A stretch of DNA of 64,000 nucleotides from a virus (Duplodnaviria; Caudoviricetes). Each line of letters opens with the position of its first letter. Position 1 is the first letter of the stretch. Positions 58,201-64,000 of the stretch are shown here, piece by piece. A model generated the notes under the pieces. It was not told the DNA's origin, made no database searches, and saw only the letters and a list, made by a program, of their open reading frames with translations. The DNA lies in the IMG/VR virus record IMGVR_UViG_2840949845_000010, positions 1 to 64,000 of that record; one strand, given 5' to 3'. The position numbers and the translations under genes were made by a program.

Positions 58201-58397
58201 CATCAGTTTGGTGCGACCATAGCGCCTTGATCGTCAACCTGTCCAAGCTGGCGGGTTAGAGAGCAATCAATAACTCTCTTCGCCGAGACTTCGGCATTTC
58301 CCTAATGCAAATTCGTCTGACTCCAAGAACACGGTGACTGTTCACAGTCATCGTTTGCCTTTCTCTTTCAAACCCCAACGCCAGGGAACCCAGAATC

Positions 58398-58826
58398 ATG
58401 TCCACCGCCAAGAAGTTTCTGATCTCCTTCGACCCGGCCAACATCCTGAAGGGCGTCACCTACGCCTCCATCGAGCGCGAGGCCCGCAAGCGCACCTACG
58501 TCAAGATCGAGAATGCCGGCGAGTATGCGGGCATTCAGGGCAGCCCGGCCGGTGAGGGCTTCTACGTCAACCCCGAGAACATCCTGAAGGCCGACGCCAC
58601 GTTCGAGGATTTCAACGCCGCTCGCCGCAGCTTCAAGGGGCTGGTCGAGAACCTGAACGATCTGACGGCGGCGACCGAGGAAAAGCACAAGGACATCGAA
58701 GCCGACTACAAGGCGCAGCGCGCCGCGCTGATCGAAGGCTTCAAGTCCAGCCTGCTGCCGGCCCCGGTTCCGGTTCCGGTCGAACCGGAGGCCGAGCCGG
58801 TCCCGGCGGAAGACGCCGCCGCCTGA
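58398..58826 (+). CDS. Hypothetical protein
   Basis: Strong GC3 bias; internal NILK repeat; followed by hairpins and terminator. Confidence 0.7.
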   Translation: MSTAKKFLISFDPANILKGVTYASIEREARKRTYVKIENAGEYAGIQGSPAGEGFYVNPENILKADATFEDFNAARRSFKGLVENLNDLTAATEEKHKDIEADYKAQRAALIEGFKSSLLPAPVPVPVEPEAEPVPAEDAAA

Positions 58827-58891
58827 TCGGCGCGCCGGTCGGGAGCTTCACGTCAGGATTAGCGAAGCTCCCCAAACCCCACCGCGTCTGG

Positions 58892-58920
58892 AAGCCCGCC
58901 CCCCGGCGGGCTTTTCTTTT
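58892..58920 (+). terminator. Rho-independent terminator
   Basis: AAGCCCGCC-CCCC-GGCGGGCTT-TTCTTT. Confidence 0.8.
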
Positions 58921-58949
58921 GCCTGTCCACAACAGGAGCAACCCCACCC

Positions 58950-59353
58950 ATGCATGACTGGGTGCAAGCCTTTACGGACGGCTCCAGCTTTCCCAAAGGA
59001 CCGAGTGGGTGGGCGGTGGTGTGGCTCTATGGCGGCCAGACCTACGAGCAGTCCGGGGCCGCACCCCAGGGAGACAGAGCTACCGCATGGAGTTGACCGC
59101 CACCCTGGTGGCGCTGTCCACCCTGCCGAACGGCGCCAAGCTGGTCATCACCACCGATTGCCGACCGGTCCTGAACCACGCCCTGTCCCGCGTTCAGCGC
59201 CGCCGCGATGCCGATCTCTGGCAGGCCGTCGATTTCCACGCCCGGCGCATGACCGACGTGCGCTGGGTCTGGACCAAGGGTCATGCGGGAAACCCCTTCA
59301 ACGAACGCGCCGACCAACTGGCCCGCGCCGCCGCCGAAAGCCTCAGACCATGA
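58950..59353 (+). pseudogene. Ribonuclease HI, split by a frameshift near 59070-59080
   Basis: Frame 1 AFTDGS...GPSGWA; other frame YRMELTA, ITTDC, DLWQ, WVWTKGHAGNPFNERADQLA. Confidence 0.82.
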
Positions 59354-60375
59354 GCCTGACCACCCATGTTTCCAGCCCGCCGGGGCCGCCCCCGGCGAAG
59401 GAGACCACCGCCGAGGTGCTGGTCTCCATGCTCACCGAGAACACCGGGCGCCACTTCCTGGACAGCGGCGGCGCCTATGGCCGGAACTGGGAGCGCAACC
59501 ACAACAAGGGCCTCGCCGAGTTCGAGGCCGAGCCTGCGACCAAGACGGAGTTCTGCCTGCGGGAGGGCGAAACCACGGGTGAGGTGTCCATCACCATCAA
59601 CGTCTTCCACTGGCTGAAGGACCGGCTCGACATCAACCACCAACTCGACGCCTTTTTCTTCGAGTGGGTTGAAACGCAGAACGCGGCGCGCTCCTGGTTC
59701 GATTTGGTCGAACGCTTCGTGTCGAACGAGGACGATGAACTGAAGGCGTTCATCGAAAGCCGGCGCCGGGACGGGGAATACCGGACCCGGATCGAAGAGA
59801 TCCTGTATGAGGCGCTGGAGGAGCATGGGCATCTCCCCGACCCGCTGAACCACACGCGGGCGGGCTTCACCCACAACACCTACAACGGCGAAGACGTCCT
59901 TTCCCAGACCATCCAATACACGATGTTCGGCCTCGGCTACGGGGATGTCGGCTGCTTCCTCTTCATCCATGGCGGGTGCGACGTGCGCGGTGGCTACACC
60001 CGGCCCCGTGCTTTCGATGTCGGCAACGGCAACGGTTGGGAAAGCATCTTCGACAATGCCCGCGTCACGCTCGGCCCGGACCCCGACAAGGAGGAGCGGG
60101 ACGAGTATTTGTCGGACCACGGTGAGCCTGAACTGCCCGGCATCCCGCCGAAGACGCTGATCGACCCGTGGAACATCACCTGGGACAGCGACAACGCCGG
60201 TTCTTCTTTCTACCCCTGCGGCAACGAGTACCCGGCCAAGCTGCTGGCCTTCGACGAGTACGAATGGTCGGAGGACCCCGAGGATCGGGGCAAGGGCGTC
60301 GTCTATTTCGACCGCGAGACCTCCACCGCCCACTGCCCGGTCACGGGCTTCCCGCTTGTCGGCTCCTGGTATTGA
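59350..60375 (+). CDS. Conserved phage hypothetical protein
   Basis: MLTENTGRHFLDSGGAYGRNWERN, NTYNGED.LSQ, IHGGCDVRGGYTRP motifs. Confidence 0.75.
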   Translation: MSLTTHVSSPPGPPPAKETTAEVLVSMLTENTGRHFLDSGGAYGRNWERNHNKGLAEFEAEPATKTEFCLREGETTGEVSITINVFHWLKDRLDINHQLDAFFFEWVETQNAARSWFDLVERFVSNEDDELKAFIESRRRDGEYRTRIEEILYEALEEHGHLPDPLNHTRAGFTHNTYNGEDVLSQTIQYTMFGLGYGDVGCFLFIHGGCDVRGGYTRPRAFDVGNGNGWESIFDNARVTLGPDPDKEERDEYLSDHGEPELPGIPPKTLIDPWNITWDSDNAGSSFYPCGNEYPAKLLAFDEYEWSEDPEDRGKGVVYFDRETSTAHCPVTGFPLVGSWY

Positions 60376-60385
60376 GGAGAACTCC

Positions 60386-61144
60386 ATGCTTTCCGAATAT
60401 TTCAGGCGTGAACTCGAAGCGGTCGGTTACGAGCCGACCGATGTCACTTGGTCCCTGGGCTACAGCCAGGGCGACGGCATGGCCTTCGAGGCGCGGGTCG
60501 ATCTGGAAAAGGTCGCCGGTCGTCTGCTGGCCGGGCCGCAGAAGGCGGCCATCACGCGGGTCATCAAGAAGGCCGGGCCGTCGATCCGCATCCGGCACTC
60601 CGGTCATTACTCCCATTGGAACTCCATGAGCGTGGACGCCGAGGATGTCTCGGTCGAGAGCGACGGCTCGGCGTTCGAGCGCAAGGCGTGGTCCGATCTG
60701 GTCGATGCCATTGATGAGGATGTGAAAACGATCAGCCGCCGGTTGGAAACGGACGGATACAGCCTGCTCGAAAACTGCAACCCCGCTTGGTTCGTGACGG
60801 ACAAGGAGGGACAGTTCGGCGACCCCAGCCACGTCGTGTGGCGGACCTTCGAGATTGGGCGCTTCCGTGTCGTTCAGAAGCTGGTCGAGGACAACAACTT
60901 CGACGGCTATCGGTTCAATGACGGCCTTGTGAAGGCCATCGTCAAAGGCGAGACCCTGGTCTGCGGGGTCGAGGCCACGGTCTTCGACGCCGAGCGCGAC
61001 ATCGAACTCGGCAGCGCCAGCCTTTGGGGAATCACCGACGCCCCAAACCTCACCCGTGTCAGGCAATGCCTCCGGGAAACCACGCGCGAGGCCATCGCCG
61101 ACGCTCGCGAAACCATCAACAGGTTTACGGGGAGGGCGGCATGA
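60386..61144 (+). CDS. Hypothetical protein (SQGDG motif family)
   Basis: WSLGYSQGDGMAF, HYSHWNS; GAGGAG RBS. Confidence 0.65.
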   Translation: MLSEYFRRELEAVGYEPTDVTWSLGYSQGDGMAFEARVDLEKVAGRLLAGPQKAAITRVIKKAGPSIRIRHSGHYSHWNSMSVDAEDVSVESDGSAFERKAWSDLVDAIDEDVKTISRRLETDGYSLLENCNPAWFVTDKEGQFGDPSHVVWRTFEIGRFRVVQKLVEDNNFDGYRFNDGLVKAIVKGETLVCGVEATVFDAERDIELGSASLWGITDAPNLTRVRQCLRETTREAIADARETINRFTGRAA

Positions 61145-61272
61145 CCATCATCGTCTGCACCTACCAGCGCCAGGACGGCCACAGCGTTGTCCTGATCCAG
61201 CATGGCCGGATCGAAACGGGGCACGCGCTGTGTCCGGCGATCTACCCGGTGGACCAGTTGCTCCAGCCGGGC
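61141..61272 (+). pseudogene. Small phage gene truncated by IS remnant
   Basis: GGAGG RBS, ATGA coupling; runs directly into transposase sequence. Confidence 0.4.
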
Positions 61273-61500
61273 GTCCTGCCATGGTCCACAGGGTCTTTTC
61301 CAACCTCAAGACCTGGGCGCTCGGCGTCTATCACGGCCTGCGGCCAAAGCCATCTTCAGGCCTACCTCGACGAATTCGTCTTCCGATTCAACCGGCGGTC
61401 AACTCCACACGCAGCCTTCCGATCCTTCCTCGGGATCGCCATCGCCAAAAAACCCGCAACTTACAATATGTTGATTGCACTGGACGCTCATGGATAAGCC
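61273..61500 (+). mobile_element. IS1595-family transposase C-terminal remnant with right terminal repeat
   Basis: Frameshifted VLPWVHRVFSNLKTWALGVYHG...HLQAYLDEFVFRFNRR; ends in GGATAAGCC. Confidence 0.85.
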
Positions 61501-61528
61501 ATATCAGATAAATGATAATAAAAAGATT

Positions 61529-62014
61529 TTATTTCCCTCCTTCCGCCGAAGCCGTCTTTTGATTACAGACTAGACTAAGTTTTACCTGAAGAATATCGTC
61601 ATATTCTTTTCGGAATACTAAATCAGAATTCCGTATCTTCTGCATATCCTCGTATATATCCGAAATATGTTCTATAACTGTCACTATGTTATCTGGACCA
61701 CCAATAGGAGCGCTGTAAATTTTCTTACTTACTATCGAATCTCTATCTTGATATTTCGTTTTCGGTAAAATATTAATGTAATTACTCTCTCCCATTTCCA
61801 ATAATGGAAAAGTCATTTTGCATAATTCCGATCTAGAAGCTTTCGATGCCTCCACAAGAAAGTTGCTTCTTGTTTGATTTTTTGTCTCAGCTACAGAAAT
61901 TTGGTTGACCCAATAAGCCACAACTGCTGCCATGATAGCGGCGATGACAGCAGCTAGACCCGCAGGTATATCTTTTTTTAGAAATCCCATCATCATCCCA
62001 AGAAACCTTATCAT
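61529..62014 (-). CDS. AT-rich membrane-anchored hypothetical protein
   Basis: N-terminal hydrophobic helix. Confidence 0.55.
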   Translation of the reverse strand: MIRFLGMMMGFLKKDIPAGLAAVIAAIMAAVVAYWVNQISVAETKNQTRSNFLVEASKASRSELCKMTFPLLEMGESNYINILPKTKYQDRDSIVSKKIYSAPIGGPDNIVTVIEHISDIYEDMQKIRNSDLVFRKEYDDILQVKLSLVCNQKTASAEGGK

Positions 62015-62056
62015 TATGCAGCGCCAATTCCGAATGATATCTGAATATTACTGTGC

Positions 62057-62665
62057 TTAGACAACGCTTATTCCCGGTACCGAAGAGTAATCGCGGCTTG
62101 TTTCGGCGGCAACAAGAAGGTTATTTGTCCGAACTGATGATCTCATTCCATATATATCATAGATATCAGCCGTTCGTGGAGCCACCTCATAGGGACTTGA
62201 CCCAGAGAAGATTCGAGGTTGACCACTGCTAATGCGCCGCCATTCGTCAATCGGAAGGCGATGCGCACGATGCAGCGATATGTTATTGAATGCGTTAATA
62301 TCAACTCTTCCATTCTGCGATTTGTCCGAATCATTTAATAAGGCGATTCGTCCACTAGCAGGTTCTTCAACCGACCACAAAGTAGCAACAGAGAAAATCC
62401 CGATCATCGCCAAAAGAAGTGCCGGAATAAAAGCCTCTGCTTCCCTGGAAGTGAATGTCCCTGTACCAACAACAAGAAGTCCAGTAGCAAAACCAGCGGA
62501 CTTCACAAAATTTCGTCGGGAAATATCTAGGATGGGTGCTTTTGAAGAAGAGATAGAGCTTGGCTTATAGCTATGGAAAACCTCGTCAAACTCCCGAAGG
62601 GCTACTTTGTTTTGAAGCATTGCGATGGGAAAGCTTGCAACCCTTTTTGTTTCGAGCATCATCAT
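62057..62665 (-). CDS. Hypothetical protein with twin-arginine (Tat)-like signal
   Basis: ISRRNFVKSAG...AEA motif followed by a hydrophobic segment. Confidence 0.55.
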   Translation of the reverse strand: MMMLETKRVASFPIAMLQNKVALREFDEVFHSYKPSSISSSKAPILDISRRNFVKSAGFATGLLVVGTGTFTSREAEAFIPALLLAMIGIFSVATLWSVEEPASGRIALLNDSDKSQNGRVDINAFNNISLHRAHRLPIDEWRRISSGQPRIFSGSSPYEVAPRTADIYDIYGMRSSVRTNNLLVAAETSRDYSSVPGISVV

Positions 62666-62836
62666 AAATCAACCTCAATTTTTAGTTTTGAGCGATTTGC
62701 GTCAAAAAATGGTAAATCATATGCCAGAAAGAATCAACAGGCTATGCGATATCCACCCAACCGCCTTGAAATTTATATGCCCACAAACTAAATAACTTTA
62801 GGGTGTTTTTGTCGTTCTCCGCTTTCTTATTGGGAC

Positions 62837-63556
62837 CTATCGTTGAATTGCGGTAAAATTCTTAAAGGCTACCTTCGATCTTTTGAATGGGTCACCTTTA
62901 AAAAATACCCCTGGTTTCCCTACTGAATTTGGTGTATTTAAACGTATCGATCCGACCAAAACGCCATTTACGTAACCTCTTACAGTTTGTCCATAATGTA
63001 TAATAGTCAGATTATTTTCACCACTATTTATTGATGAACTCCGTTGCCAACCCGTCCAGTTTTTTTCTGATTCATATAGATACCATTGATCTTCAGAAAC
63101 TCCAAAAAATCCGCCAATAAAGCGAAGCTCGACTGGCCGATCTGTGTCATTACTGATGCGATTCAATGATACCGTCAGCAAATAAGGCGCCTTCAGTACA
63201 GCATTATATTCAAAACTAGCATATGACCATGAGCTAGCCTGCCCGCCAGTAGCAGCGACAAACTCACCTTCTTTCCATTCTATTATATTTCCAGCTTCGA
63301 TGCGCCATTGCTCGACGGGTTTCAGAAATATAGAAGCCTTTTCAGAAGGTTTCTTCGAGTAATAATTTAGTCCACCCCCTCCTATAGGCCTGCTTTCACA
63401 AGAAGATAAAAATATTGCTGCGCTTATAAGAAATGAAAATAAAAATTTTTCTCCCGTGATAATAAAAATACTGCAAATTTTTTTATTTATGTTTTCTAAT
63501 TTTTTGATATTCATAAGCATCATTTGACTCCTAAAATTTTTTGCAAAACTGTCCAA
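62837..63556 (-). CDS. Putative lipoprotein with concanavalin/LamG-like domain
   Basis: Lipobox FLSSC; NNLTIIHYGQTVRGYVNG...FKNF. Confidence 0.55.
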   Translation of the reverse strand: MDSFAKNFRSQMMLMNIKKLENINKKICSIFIITGEKFLFSFLISAAIFLSSCESRPIGGGGLNYYSKKPSEKASIFLKPVEQWRIEAGNIIEWKEGEFVAATGGQASSWSYASFEYNAVLKAPYLLTVSLNRISNDTDRPVELRFIGGFFGVSEDQWYLYESEKNWTGWQRSSSINSGENNLTIIHYGQTVRGYVNGVLVGSIRLNTPNSVGKPGVFFKGDPFKRSKVAFKNFTAIQR

Positions 63557-64000
63557 GGATAAATCACAACCGTGCCATATAAATTTTCCCCTTTTTGCGA
63601 AAAAAATTGCAACCGAAAAGCCTCTGTACGATTCTAAATCTCCTATTTTTCGAACGACCTGAGAATCAGAATACCTTTTTCAACGAGATTGATGGCTTCG
63701 TACAGCAGCATATCGACCTTAAGGTATCCACGCACCATAGAATTTTCACGAAAATAAATGGGCATCGTAGAATGAAATTTATATAGGTAAGAATTAGTAT
63801 ATTTTCTGAAAACAACAGATAAATCTGAAATTATGGTGTAATAATTATAAAAAAATCGAGATAAAATCGAAATCGGATTTATAGCATTGATAGATAGCGC
63901 CAATTCAATGAAAATACATCAAAATCGGACGAATGGTTAACCGAACTCAATTATATTTCTAATAATTTCTTACCGATCTCTACGTCATCGCGCGCCAGAA

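Larger units (their letters stand above)
1..61270. mobile_element. Large siphovirus-type prophage/phage region (left end outside window)
   Basis: Contiguous terminase, portal, protease, capsid, tail, tape measure and lysis genes plus primase-helicase, ligase and early genes; ends at an IS1595 remnant where GC content drops sharply. Confidence 0.93.

Noticed and set aside
58843-58874. GGGAGCTTC...GAAGCTCCC hairpin as a possible ncRNA
   Set aside because: Single stem upstream of a terminator with no recognisable RNA family features
63595-63903. Short ORFs at the right edge
   Set aside because: AT-rich, no RBS or motifs; probably promoter/intergenic DNA

Overview
Positions 1 to ~61270 are a large, GC-rich siphovirus-type (pro)phage that continues off the left edge of the window. 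The host is almost certainly an alphaproteobacterium, probably Rhodospirillales-like, given GapR, GcrA-like and TPR-glycosyltransferase genes and an alpha-type LexA box. Order: nucleotide/DNA metabolism (dNMP kinase, GcrA-like HTH, MazG-like, nucleoside deoxyribosyltransferase-like, ATP-dependent ligase, tandem GapR; 1-3579); a TPR-glycosyltransferase moron and an AT-rich DUF5131/unknown/TcmP island with an SOS box (3691-8682); a minus-strand lysis, tail, head and terminase block (9072-35772); a divergent small gene plus PrimPol-SF3 helicase (35906-38813); an AT-rich PD-(D/E)XK moron; a second tail-fibre cluster (40836-47041); and a plus-strand early region of mostly small unknown genes with a repeated operator/promoter motif and a candidate origin (47400-61270). 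An IS1595 remnant ends the phage-like sequence, followed by AT-rich genes for exported proteins. Core virion genes look intact, while several accessory genes carry single-base lesions. No tRNA, rRNA, CRISPR array or integrase was recognised. All family calls come from motif recognition by eye, not database searches.
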